NCBI GenBank assembly: GCA_965644295.1
Contig: CBFFRP010000405.1
Location: 1 to 64,000 of the forward strand
DNA: 64,000 nucleotides
From: Paraphysomonas bandaiensis
Taxonomy: Eukaryota; Protista; Chrysophyceae
Reading direction: 5' to 3'
Position 1 is the first letter of the stretch; the number at the start of each line of letters is the position of its first letter. Positions 1 to 11,613 of this stretch are shown piece after piece. Below the pieces are notes generated by a model, which was not told the origin of the DNA, did no database searches, and worked only from the letters and a program-made list of their open reading frames with translations. The translations under genes and the position numbers were made by a program.

Positions 1-3000
1 CCTTCTTGAAGTCCCAGAGTGTACATATATGCTGGTCGCCTTTTCGTCTTGCTTCTTCTGCAGCCGCGAGTACCCTTAGTATCGCTGTGTCCGTCCCGTT
101 CCTCCAGCGATAACCATGCTGGGACGGATGCAAAACTTTCTGTTCCTCCCATACGGTAAGAATTCTATGAGTGATTATCCTTGTTAATATTTTCCTACTG
201 ACTTCAAGCAGACCAATCGGTCGGAGATTAGTGAGGGAGGATTCTCCTGGTTTCTTGAGAATGGGAGACATTACCCTGTCTCTCCACCAAATGGGCACAT
301 GTTTATGTTTCCAGAGAGATCTGGTGAGGATGTAAGCCTCTCGCTGAACTACCGGTGGCCAGGATTTGACCATGTTGGAGGAGACCATTGAGGGTCCAGG
401 CGCGCGGTTGAAGGAGAGAGAGTGAAGTGTGCAGTAGAATTCATCCTGGGTGATGTCTTTTGCAAGAGTAGATTTGAGTGTGGCTGCCATGGCCGGAGTG
501 GTCTTGGTACAAAGGGCCCGTCGTAACCCCAGTTGCAGGGGAAGAGGGATTTTCGAGCGGGGGTGGAGTGGTTCCTGGCATGTCGCTGAGCCCGGATCAA
601 GAAGGGATTTCCACCATGTAGGGTCATCCTGGAGCTGTTGTGCTACAGGGTCAAGTCCAGGAGGTTTGGCATGATGTTCACGGAAGTGCGCATTAATGCC
701 TTCATGAATGTCTTGCGGTGTTGTGAGGATGTGTCCGTCAGTTGTTTTCACCGTGGTAAGTCGGAGTGGTGTTTTGACCTTGAGACCAATTTTCTGAAGA
801 ATTGCTTGAAGTCTTTTCTGCTGTAGCAGTGCCTCCATCTGATTGGTGCGAGCCGTGAGTCTAGTCCGCATTTCTGTCCTGGCTCTTCCATGAAGAAGTC
901 CTCTCAGTCGCAAGGCAATTCGGAGAAGGTTTTTCTTGGTGGCTTGCTTTTCGTTCCAACCCAGGATTACTCGTGGGTCCGCGTTGCGATGGCTGCACCA
1001 GAAGTTGATGTCTGATATGCCTTTGATGTGACCCTGAGAACTCCTGAGATAGGAGTCCCATCGGATGAACCATGCAGTGATGATTTCGTGGGTGGGGGTG
1101 GTTGCCGGGGGGCCGCGCCATCCATGCCGTTTGTATCCGGCAGAATTGAACATCTTTTGGATAATCCGCAAAACCATGATCATTCCTTCCTGTATTACTC
1201 TCATTTCCGGGGAAAAGCCATTCTTGAACTTTGAGCGTTTGCGCTGACAACGTTCGTGTAGTCGTGTGCTATAAGTACATGCAGGACGCTTCGCTTCAAG
1301 CGAAGCCTGGAGGGTTATGTGATGGATGGCCGCTAGTCTGTTGGCTGCCACCTCAGGAGGGAGTATGGCAGACGATCCGTTGTCTAAATGTGGTAGTTGT
1401 GCATGAAGTTGGAGGAGTCTTGCGGTGTATGCCTGTACTTCCTTGGAGTCCTTCGGGTTTACATTGAGACGGGGGGATTCGGAGGTGCGACTCAGGTGGT
1501 CGAGGGTCAAGATTGACTGGTACAGTGAAACCGACCCAGACCGGTCGATGATCGAAGGCTGCTGCGAGTAGTGAGGGGGAGTCAAGGCAGCCAGTGTCCG
1601 TAACAGACATGTTCGGAAGTAACGGCGTGTGTAGAATATGATCGATCCGCGATATTCCTTTGTCTAATCTGTGGAAGGTATGATATGTTTTCCTGGGTAG
1701 GAGAAGCTCATGGAGTGGTGCAGCCAGTTGGAGTTTGTCGGCAAGTGGTCGTATGTCTCTGCCTTTCGGATTTGTCTCCATGGAGCCATTGAAGTCGCCG
1801 GCGACAATGACAGTATGGTCCTTGGCTCTGGCTTTAGTGACCCATTTCGTAAGGATGTTGCATAGGAGCTTGTAGGGGTCAGCAGTACAGATACCACGGG
1901 ACGCTCTCCCTAGCTTGGTCAATTTGCTCCATAATGTGCAAGAGCCTGGCGTGGATGGCTTCGGGGGTAGATAGACGCTTATTAGTACTAGGGTGTGCGC
2001 CACCGACGTTTTGAACTCTAGTCGGCTCACTAAACCAAGTCCCGTAAAGTCAGCCTTTGTGAAGGCGAGACGGCGCTTCCAGTATTCGCTGATTATGACT
2101 ACTGTACCCCCCATTAGTGGGTCTCTTGAAGTCAGTTTTGGCTGCTTGCTGAGGAAGAGGCATATTCTTGATCCCTGGATTGCATCTTCTATGATACGTG
2201 TGAAGAAGTTGGCCTGAGTTTCTGTTAGACGGACATCCTGTAATAGGAGCACGTCCAATTTTTGCCGCTTAAAGTGTCGGATGATAGCTTGGACTTTGCC
2301 TGTGTGAGATGCCGGATTGCCATTTGTGTTCCATGTGGAGAGTCGGAGTCCCATGGCTGCTCCCGAGGGAGCCTTGGGGATGCTGCTGGAGGTCTCTGTA
2401 GGAGTTCCACTCTTGTCTGCAAGGAGTCTGTCCCATACTGCTTTATTGGCACCGCCTATGTCGCTGTCGTACGCAGCCCTGGCTTGGATTAATATCTCAA
2501 GTGGCCAGCGTTGATCACACCAGTAATGATGCCCGTAGTTGATGAGAAGTTCTTCATCCTTAGCAATGGGACGTATTGTACGGACATAGAGGCGTTTATT
2601 TTTCGTGACAAACTTGACATTAGCCATGTTTGTGGCTAGGGGGTCATTAATATACCCAGCTTCGCATGTTACACATTGTCGGACTTGGTCAAAGCCATCT
2701 ATTGCGAAGGTACCAGTACTGTCTTGAACTATGTAATCAGAACGCCTTGCAGACTGACTCAGCTTTGTTAGTGGATAGCGTTTGCCTTTGTACTCAGCAA
2801 TGATGACGTCTGCTGGGAATGTGTTCTTCGCATAAAGGGATAGTCCTTTGGCAGTGTTATCGGCGTACGCAATGTAGAACTTTCTTGACCAGTCCTTGTC
2901 CCAGCTGGTGGTATCAAGTGCTGGAGTTGGTCTGATCGTTCGTGTGGTCGTGGATTGGTGTGAGTTGTGAAGGTTCGTTGGTTGGTCACTTTCATCGTAA

Positions 3001-6000
3001 TTTACGACCTTTTTGGCTTTCCGGGTTGGCTGGCATCGACTTGTCAACGCAGTTTGGGCGTGTTTCAACTGCATCTTCTTGTGCGATGGTAGTGCTCCAG
3101 GGGTTGAAGCCTGCAGAATCTGTCGATTTGTTCGTGCTAACTTGGTGCTGCTGGACGAGGTTGTTCTGGTGCTGGTCGTCTTTGATGTCCTATTGTTGTT
3201 CGTGATTGAGTCCGCGGGAAGTGTAGGTGGAGCGATGGGGTCAGACGTTGAGAGTATACTGGTGGCCAAGGTGTTTTCAAGAGATAGTAGGGCGTTGTCT
3301 AGGGCAGTAGAAAGACCGGCAGGGTCTAAGAGGAAGTAGTGAGCATCTTGTAGTATGACATGGTAGTAGTTATCACGAATAGCGTTCCTAAGTTCCTCCA
3401 CCTTCCATGCGATGTTATAAGCTACTTTGTCAGTAGGGATACCTACAATGCTGAGATAATTACCATTTTGCGCCCACGTCGTGCAGGGGTTGATAGTAGA
3501 GGCTAAAAGGTGGACCTCTCGCACTGAGAGCCAGTGAGTTATGTCGTCCTCCGTAGTGTATGTTGTTTTGGCAGGTATTAAAAGTGCGGCCTGTGCGTGA
3601 TCCAACTTATGTCGTAGTGGCTGAAGTGTGTGATGGGCCATGCACTCCCGTTGCATTGTGTCGAACGCTTGGGTGCCTAATGTATTTATAAAAGATGCTA
3701 GCGTGTGACGGTCCTTGCGTTGTTTGAGGTCTAATTTCAGACAGGAGCGAGTGTGTCGCCTGCTTGAAGCAAGAATGTGCAGATGATAGAGTGTGCTGTA
3801 TGCGCAGTATCCATCACTTGGGATATGTTGTTGTGTGCGAAGGGCTGAGGGTCTGAGGGTGAGGCGATAGACTCTGCTCATGTCGCACATATGGAGCCTG
3901 AGTTGTCGACGGTCCGTGGGGTTCATCTGCCGTAGTTGACGTCGAGCTCTCGGTGACAAGGAGACTGCAATTACTTCCCTCTGTTCCTGTTGCTCTCTTT
4001 GCTCATGTAGCATAGATGGTACAGTTGACGGTTCAGAAGTCCAGATGATGTTGGTGCTCTGTCTGGAGGTCTGGTGTTGTAGAAAACAGGATAGCCGCTC
4101 CTGAGTTCGTGTTAGAGCGTGCATGATGGAGGTGGGGATATTTGTTGCATTTAGTATGTGAAACCCATGCTGGCTGCGTATGATGTCATGGGTTACCACA
4201 GTGTTGGTAGAAGCGTGCACTGTTAGTGCCTGTCTGGAGAATGGTGATAGCTGTGCCCAACCAGGCGCCAGGTGCGGTTGAACAGCGTCCCATAGTCTGT
4301 ATGGTATGGAGAGAAGATCGAGTAGCAGTTGGAAATCCTCCGTGTCTAGATGTAGTCCTGTGTGTGGATTCGAGGATTCATATTGCATAAGTGTCTTACG
4401 GAGAGTGACAGTGGCTGTTGAGGGAATACCCTTTGTCAGGCAAAGGGTCCGCACATGCCTAGATACAACATGAGTGGAGTCTGCCCAGGGTTTGTTGCCA
4501 TTCGCGAGATGCTGGGCAACTAGTAGGGCGCTGTGCGTGGTGTCCAATTTGTGCTCTGGTAGCGTGAATGATATCATGAGATCATAGTTGTCCGTCCTGG
4601 AAGCCTTGGCTATGAATCCTTCCCATATGTCTAAACAGGCAGGGGATAGCATGTGTGCGTATATTTCTTTTAAAAGGTTTCCCTGTGGGGAGGCAGCAAT
4701 GGTTTGGGTTTCATCATATCTAACCCAGTTGTTCAGCAGATCGGAGTGAAAGGGCGTGTGACCCCGGCCCTCTGTGTAGTGTAGGGGGTATGTGGCAATA
4801 TCCTTGGGCAGTACATCCGGCCTGAGGTCAGGAGTGGTAGTGGAGAGTGAGGATGGGCCGTCTGGGGCTAATGCTGGAGTTCCCATGGTGTTCAGTTGAG
4901 TAAGGTTGGTGGTAGGTGGCTTCCGTTTGACTGGGAAATAGTCAAATAACGTTGCATACGGTGTGGTGGCATCCTTAGTGGGTAAGGGTAATGTGTGGGT
5001 GGATTTGCTAGGTCCGTCACCGCTGTTATCGGAGGAGAATTCCTTCCCCTGAAGGGCGTGGGAGGGATGGTTGATGGACCTGGCACGGTGGACTCCTTGC
5101 ATTCCCTTGGAATGACATTGCAACACATTTTGGAGACGCATGATGACGAGGTCAGGAATTCTCTCGAGTAGCGCGTGTAGTTCCAACTCCACCGGGTATT
5201 TGGTGTCCAGGAAGAAGTGATCGTTGGAGCAAAACACATCATAAGATGGAAGGAATTGAGTTTGTGGAAGGAAGGAGGAATAGTGGGTGGACCAGTACGC
5301 CCAGTAAGGGAGAGGCGATAGTTTGTCTGGGGGTTTTCTAGGAGGAGGTAGAGTGTACTGTGTGTGTGTATGACACTGCAGTGGTGTTATGAGTGTGTTG
5401 GACAGTGAGAGAGAGCTGGTGATGTGTCCAACAGTACAGGTAGACAGGTACATGGACATGGTGATGTGTCCAACAGTACAGGTAGACAGGTACATGGACA
5501 TGGTGATGTGTCCAACAGCAGTAGAGGTATACACGGAATGGTATACATCCTGTAGGACACAGTAGTACAGTAGTCGAGTATACCGTATGCGGAATACAGT
5601 GTCTATCCAATGAGATGGATGGGCTGTGGGGGTGATAGGTGAACAGGGTGAGGGGGTAGCCTGCTGGGTGGATGGACCACAGACAAACCATGTTGGGTTG
5701 GGTTGAGTGGGCGGCAGAAGGCAGCCCTGTTGCACAGTTGAGAGGGATCGAGAGTATTCAGTGATTGCATAGGGGGTCCATGGGGGTCGTTTTCGTGAGC
5801 CTGCTCGCACGAGCCATGTTCTGAGAGGTTGTAGCCGTAGAAAGCGATGGGTGAGACGAAGTTGTCTGCTGAGGGGATAGCACGTAGGTGCGGTCAGCGC
5901 TGCATTGGTGCAGGCACGTGGTTTAACTGAAGTAGTTGAGTAGGGTGAAGGTTGCAAGGCCAGGCAGGGGGGCTTGGAGCGTGTACAACATGGTGTGACA

Positions 6001-6104
6001 GGTAATTTGTCGGAAGCGTGGTGGTCAACAAAATGCAGCAGTAAGGGAGTGTAAAAGGCCCTGGGCACACTGATGTGACTCAGCCACAGTCTCAATAGAG
6101 ACAT
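1..6104 (-). CDS. LINE polyprotein (OTU-like, SET, APE endonuclease, reverse transcriptase) with one frameshift at the G6 run 1471-1476; true start codon uncertain
   Basis: OTU ~3320-3830 (HIPSDGYC...DAHYFL). SET ~2520-2885 (GLSLYA..IAEYKG..AIDG..GYINDP..ANV..RPIAKDEELLINYGHHYW). APE ~1530-2350. RT from ~420 to base 1. Removing one G at 1471-1476 joins the frames (HLRIP-RLNVNPKDSKEVQAY). Confidence 0.85.
5417..5518. repeat. 42-bp tandem repeat, 2 full copies plus a partial third, in the LINE 5' region
   Basis: The unit tggtgatgtgtccaacagtacaggtagacaggtacatggaca starts at 5417 and 5459, with a partial copy at 5501. Confidence 0.95.
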
Positions 6105-6469
6105 TGGGCTTGGAGCTGGTTAATAGAGTGAAACTTTATGTTGGACTGTATTTGCCATCGTAGGGCAGAGAATAATGAGAAAATACGCTATGTTTAATGT
6201 GGTAGCTACGTATAGAAAGAATACTAGAAACTTCTAAAGTCATAGACAATATAATCACTAGATTGTTCCTTATCCCTGATATATAGTATTTACAAAAATT
6301 AATTATTTTCTTCAACGGAAATTAAAGGTAACTTTTTAATCAAGATATTGCACTAATGTACTAATGCAACAATTTTGTTGAAAAGAAATCCTATTTATTA
6401 ACTTTTGAACGTACTTATATATTATATACATATCATTTTACTGTTGTACATTCTACATCAACGACATTT

Positions 6470-8557
6470 TCAAAGCAATTTCGTAGATCTACTTGGTAAC
6501 ATACAATAATAACAGAGGAATAGAATAACACAAAAAAGGAACATCTCAACAGCAATTTCACCGTATAAGGTAGAATCTTTTTCTTTCTTGTCTGCATGAG
6601 GTTTGAAAGCGATTCTTTGGTTGATATTATCAGCGAGAACATCAATCCTCTTTTGTTTCATTTTGTCTCTTGCGGAGGGATCTATGTACATAGGACTACG
6701 CAGTACAGGTGTATCCTTATCTGAGGGGTGCTTAAAGGAGCTGGATTGAGCATTGTAATATATACTCCCAGGGTCTGGCTCGTCTAAGGGGGCATGGGTT
6801 AAAGAGTCAAACCGGGGTATGTAGTCAGGCCCTAAAGGGTGTTCCGAAAACGGGACATATTCTATATTGCCACACCTATAGGTGACAACGGTCAAAGACG
6901 ACATACCTAAACAACACGGATACTACTTCCAGTAGAATATACAGAACGTAGTCAGTGAATAATGGGCCTCACCTGTCTCTTATGGTAGAGCGTCTGACTG
7001 GATCGACGCCACTGAACTCCACAAGCTGCTGAAAGGACCGTCTGTCCCCAAGTCCGTACCTACCTCGCCTCACCATCTCTGCAGCAGTTTTATTCTCCTG
7101 TGGCCCGTCCATGTGAAGCAACATCCGTATACGGGAGAGTGCATTCTTTCGAAGAATAGCATCCGCAGGACTATAAGAAGAAGAATGCCATCGACTGTGT
7201 AACGGATCGCTCTATATGTAAGCATGCATACATTTAGTCCACACATCGGAAAGAATAGGCAATGTAATTAGGTGCGTATGTATATCGTACTTGCGATTTC
7301 TTGTAATTGTGAGATATATATACCCTGTGTGGGGTATATATGTCGTACCCCCAAGTCCAGTATCTGGCCGCCCTCGACCATTCTTCTCCGTCAAATATTC
7401 CCGGCGTGAATGGGTCATATAGTACCTTAATCGAATTGAACTCAGAAATAAACAGAAGAATACAGCACAGGCATGCTGAGAGTATACATATTATGCCCGC
7501 AAGCCAACAGTATACCGAAGCAAAGATAGGGAAAAAACACAGTTCACAAACGGTAAATCAACTCGATTTTCACCTTTTTCTCTGCATGACACTTTGCAAA
7601 AGATAGGCCAGCACCCCAGACTGCATTGGTCAACTTCGGACGGGGAAACATACGTAAGCACCTATAAATGCGATGTTGATTAGTTCCCAGGTTCATATTC
7701 GTCTAAATTACAGCGCAGTATTACTTGGTGCCGAAGTTCCTGGGCATCCCTCCGGCGCCATGAAAGCGCACGATGCATAGATGGGGAACCTCATGGAGAC
7801 CGTTTATTCCTGAACTCATGTTATTTTTATCGTTAAAGTAACAGTAATGGTAGTAACAGTATTTTAATAATGAAAGCCATATGATGGAGAATTTTTTAAT
7901 GCACACACCTTTTGATTTGTCTTTTATGTTGTCGAAGTCAGTTGAGTCCGTTACATAAGTGCTCAACACACCGTATTCGTTTTCGGTGAGCGCCCACATT
8001 TCCAGCATGAGACTGTCCCACCCAACCATGAAATCCATGTGTGAGTCTGTTTGCATACAGAACTCTTCGTCTGTTATCATTGCAGAGCCAAAAGACCTAG
8101 CCCACGTCGGCCCTTTCGCAGAATTGCCATCAAGGCGCTTCATTTTAATGTTAGAGCCATAGGGGCATACATCGCCTTGTGAGAATCCATGGGAGCGCAT
8201 CAATGAACAGTACTGTTCATAGCAATCGATATCTCCAGGGACATTCTGCTGAATGACTGCAGCAACTAAACGACTGGGATGTGCGGCTTTCGTGAACATA
8301 TTGAACAGTGTCACAGGACATAGCTTATCTCTATAACTCGAAATAGATACGAATATTGTGGTGTCATTTCGCTTCCAGGAATCTGATCGTATAGGAGGGG
8401 GGCGTGGCTGATTAAGTGACTCATTTCTAGGGACCCAACCTATGTCGCGGTTGACGTATATACAAGCATCTCCTCCTCCACATCTAGCACACTCACATAT
8501 ATCTAATACAAAACATAGCAGCAAAGTCAATACATATAACGCTGTATTATAGCCCAT
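6470..8557 (-). CDS. GT60-family (Skp1 GlcNAc-transferase/GNT1-like) glycosyltransferase; multi-exon, signal peptide and C-terminal TM helix
   Basis: TIFVSISSYRD..C..TL, GPTWAR, MQTDSHMDF..WD and VLSTY occur in ORF 7721..8557. Downstream exons read WGAGLSFAKCHAE, PYDPFTPGIFDGEEWSRAARYWTWGYDIYTP and YGLGDRRS. The last exon corresponds to ORF 6470..6904. Confidence 0.85.
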
Positions 8558-9461
8558 GATAAGACAACTGCGCGGCTATCTGAGCTAATAGTAGGGTCAA
8601 AAGCTGTGCTGTTTAAGAAAAGTCACTTGAAAACAAAAGACTATCTTAGTCGAAGAGATAGCATTGTGTATAAAGTGGGTGCAAAGCTATGGATGGTGCA
8701 TGGAATATACGCACCACAGGGACAGGGCTGACTATAGGAATGTACTGCAACTCCACATCAAGAGTGCATCATAATTTTAATACAAAAACTCTATGGACGA
8801 ACAAGACCAGCCGGGCTACGCACGGATCTCTGCTACAGCCGGTCAAAATCGACCTGGCTTCGAAAACTACGAATTTATGTCAACCGGCCAAAAAAATCAA
8901 CTCTTGAAAAAGAAATATCTTTAGGAGTCATATAAGGAATTTTAGTTTTTTCTACTGCGTATTACAACTTCGTGTGTCTATTTTTGTACGTACAAAACAA
9001 CCAACCCATGCGCACACTTGTAGTTTCCTGCTATACGATACGATACCATACTATACTGCTGTACTGCAGAAGCTCTCACGCCATTGCAGCCTCACTGTCA
9101 GCAGAGAGGATCTTCAAGACGACTCCTGCATATTATAATCTCCGTAGTGAGCAAACACTTGTGACAAGTGATTTCCAGTCTGCTATTGTCCTGTGCGTTG
9201 CCATATCTCATAGTGTCCTGCTGATCTCTACATCTCTACAGTAGATCGAGATATCACTGTTGGAAGAGGTCATCATAAGAGACATACACCACCCAACCAC
9301 TCCGATACACTCACCTAACCCTTGATTCACTCCTCTTATTGCTGATCATCAGAGATCCTGCTGTACATGATTTGAGACACTAACATCGTCATCACATTAA
9401 AGAAATCTTTCTAGAAGTCGCCTCTATTTATGTATATTTAGCATAGTGAACATCATTGATT

Positions 9462-11613
9462 ATGGGTGACGATGCTGAAAAATTTGTGTACTCCAAAGAG
9501 GAGTTACTTCGCTTGCGAGATGAAATAATTGAAATAGAACGACCGGAGGATTTATGGTTAGTGTCCTCTCTGTTTCATTGTTTTCCTTTTTAATTTCTTT
9601 ATTTAGGGGCTACCGTATTTCAGTCATCCGAACGGGGTCTAATTCGCAGGCTATAGGCTCCAAGTCTGTTGGCAATAAGAACCAGGTATCTCAACAATCA
9701 ACTTGTGATGTAAAGACTGGTTCCTACGTGAATCAGAGAAACTCGGCCGGTGGAGATACCAGAAACTGGCGGGCAGGTGAATCAGTACCGGGAAAAAAAA
9801 TATCGCGGCAGCCGTATGGAGGAGATGACAAGCGTCACCATTTAGATAACAAAACCAGACACAAGAAGGAAGGGGGGCGTAATGCAGCAAAGTCTACTGG
9901 AGCAGGAAGAATGTCGGATCTGGGACGAACGAGAGCGATCGACCATTGGGACTCACCGGGTCAACAAAATGCTTCATCCCTAAGTAAAAAGGGCTTAAGT
10001 GAGCGCGAGATGTTTGAGCGAGAAAGAGAGAAAATGCTGAAGGAACGAGAATGTCTTCGTAATTCGGAAACCAGTATGGAAGGGACCTACCACAAGGAGA
10101 GTGATGAGGTGATGCTTCAGCTGTGCCAAGAAGACTCTATTGCAGGTCTAGTCTATGGTTATAGATGTTTTTATATGCCTGATATACATATATTTCAGGA
10201 AGAAGTGATGCACAGGAGTGTGCTGGTGCTGAGTGGAGTGGAGGATCTAGAAAGGATGAATTTAACACGCTGTCACCTGACCTTAGAGGGAGTGGATCCA
10301 TATTCGAAACAGGGTTTGGTGGTGGACTGCTGGGCGAATCGGGTAACGCCAATCGGGATATATACTCAATTTCCGAAGGGGGGAAATCTCTCACTGCATC
10401 TCAATTGATGCATAGTCTCTCTAAAGACAATAAATATGGGGACGACGGTGCTGCCCCCTGGATGAACGAGGACTTCGATTTCTTCGGTGGGAATAGCACT
10501 GACATGGACATTGGTATTTATAATCGATTCGTTCCCGATGAGTCACAATCTATTGGGGAAGGTGGGGGTTGGGCTAGTGTCTCAGCTGGAGATAGTAGTA
10601 ATATGTCCAAGAGCTCAAGACTGGGGGCTATTTTAGGCATCCCATTTACACCCGATAAGAAATCGGGGTCGAAAGGGATGCACAGTCCGGAGGGGTCCGG
10701 TAGAGGCGGGATTAGTGTGATGGACACTGAATCCGATAACCCGCCGAATGTACTTGACTACAAAGATGCTAGTTACCCAGCTGCTACCCACACAATTTCA
10801 CCCTCGCATGGTTCCAGGACCAGCCCATCCAATAAGGGAATGGTGAAGGTTTCAGTCAGTCAGCTGTTCACCGCGAAGCCGCACGACGGAGTTCCTGGTG
10901 CTGCTCCGGGGTCAGGTGCGGAAGTGCTAACTGCCGAGGAAGCTATGCGCACGTTACAAATCTCTTCTACCCCAAGGAAAGTAGATGAATCCCAAACACG
11001 TGATTTGCTGTCAGCCCTAGGTTTTTCTGATCAGGACCCTGCCTCCCATGTTACCACCAGTCCGTCATCGACTAAGTCCACCCGTGCGTCGTCGGGGTTT
11101 GTTTTTCATTCGGATTCACCCTCTGGCTCTACACCGACTACTATCTCATTTACACCTCCTGCTCCACCCTCTGGTGGAAAGGGGGGAAGGGTGAAGGGGG
11201 GGATGTCCGCATCTTCGCGTCTGCAGCTCCAGCGCATTGCAAAAGGATCTCCATCTCCAGCTGCCGGTGGGAGGGGAACCAAAAAAATTGATGTATCTTC
11301 TCTTTTCTCATCTTCGTCAGCATCGTCATTGAATGCCAGCGCTTGTCCTGTGAGTCCAGTGGAAGTACATCAGCCTAAATCTCAGTCAGAGTCGAGAATT
11401 AAATCCTTTACATCGCCTCCTGTTGAGTCAGAGGTATCTGTCAAAAAGCAACCACAGAGCAAGCGTCCCAATGCTGGTGTTGATTTACTCAAAAAATTGA
11501 AATCGGGTACTACTGCAGCTACATCGATATGCTCAGAATCAAAACCTTGTGGCCCCACAGAGTCTGGTAGAGGAAGTATTCGAGTTATATCGGCGAAAGA
11601 GTTGTCCTTGTGA
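9462..11613 (+). CDS. Largely disordered protein with N-terminal eIF4E-binding-type motif (4E-T/GIGYF-like); multi-exon
   Basis: The first exon from ATG 9462 reads MGDDAEKFVYSKEELLRLR (YxxxxLL). A GT-AG intron at ~9557-9606 joins it to ORF 9554..10408, followed by the S/G/P-rich ORF 10405..11613. Confidence 0.6.

Larger units (their letters stand above)
1..6120 (-). mobile_element. Non-LTR retrotransposon (APE-type LINE) with OTU-like and SET domains; 3' part runs off the window start
   Basis: APE motifs lie in ORF 1353..6104: LSTWNTNG, LDVLLLQD, VAGDFNG, TFHR, SRIDHIL, FDHRPV. A second frame, which I checked is stop-free from ~1470 to base 1, gives RT subdomains 0-3: NRAPGPS, VPIWW..LKKPG..NLRPIGLLEVSRKI, QHGYR..GT, WDFKK. 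Composition shifts abruptly to AT-rich at ~6120. Confidence 0.92.

Noticed and set aside
2520-2885. LINE SET domain captured from the nearby MLL-like gene
   Set aside because: The motifs differ (YINDP/NYGHHYW versus FINHSC/YSYQF plus post-SET), and no nucleotide similarity is visible.
1-6104. Helitron/Helentron interpretation of the OTU-SET-APE ORF
   Set aside because: The downstream frame encodes non-LTR RT subdomains, and no Rep or helicase motifs were seen.
9070-9215. Possible hAT dimerization relic (ASLSAERIF)
   Set aside because: Too short and degenerate, with no supporting termini.
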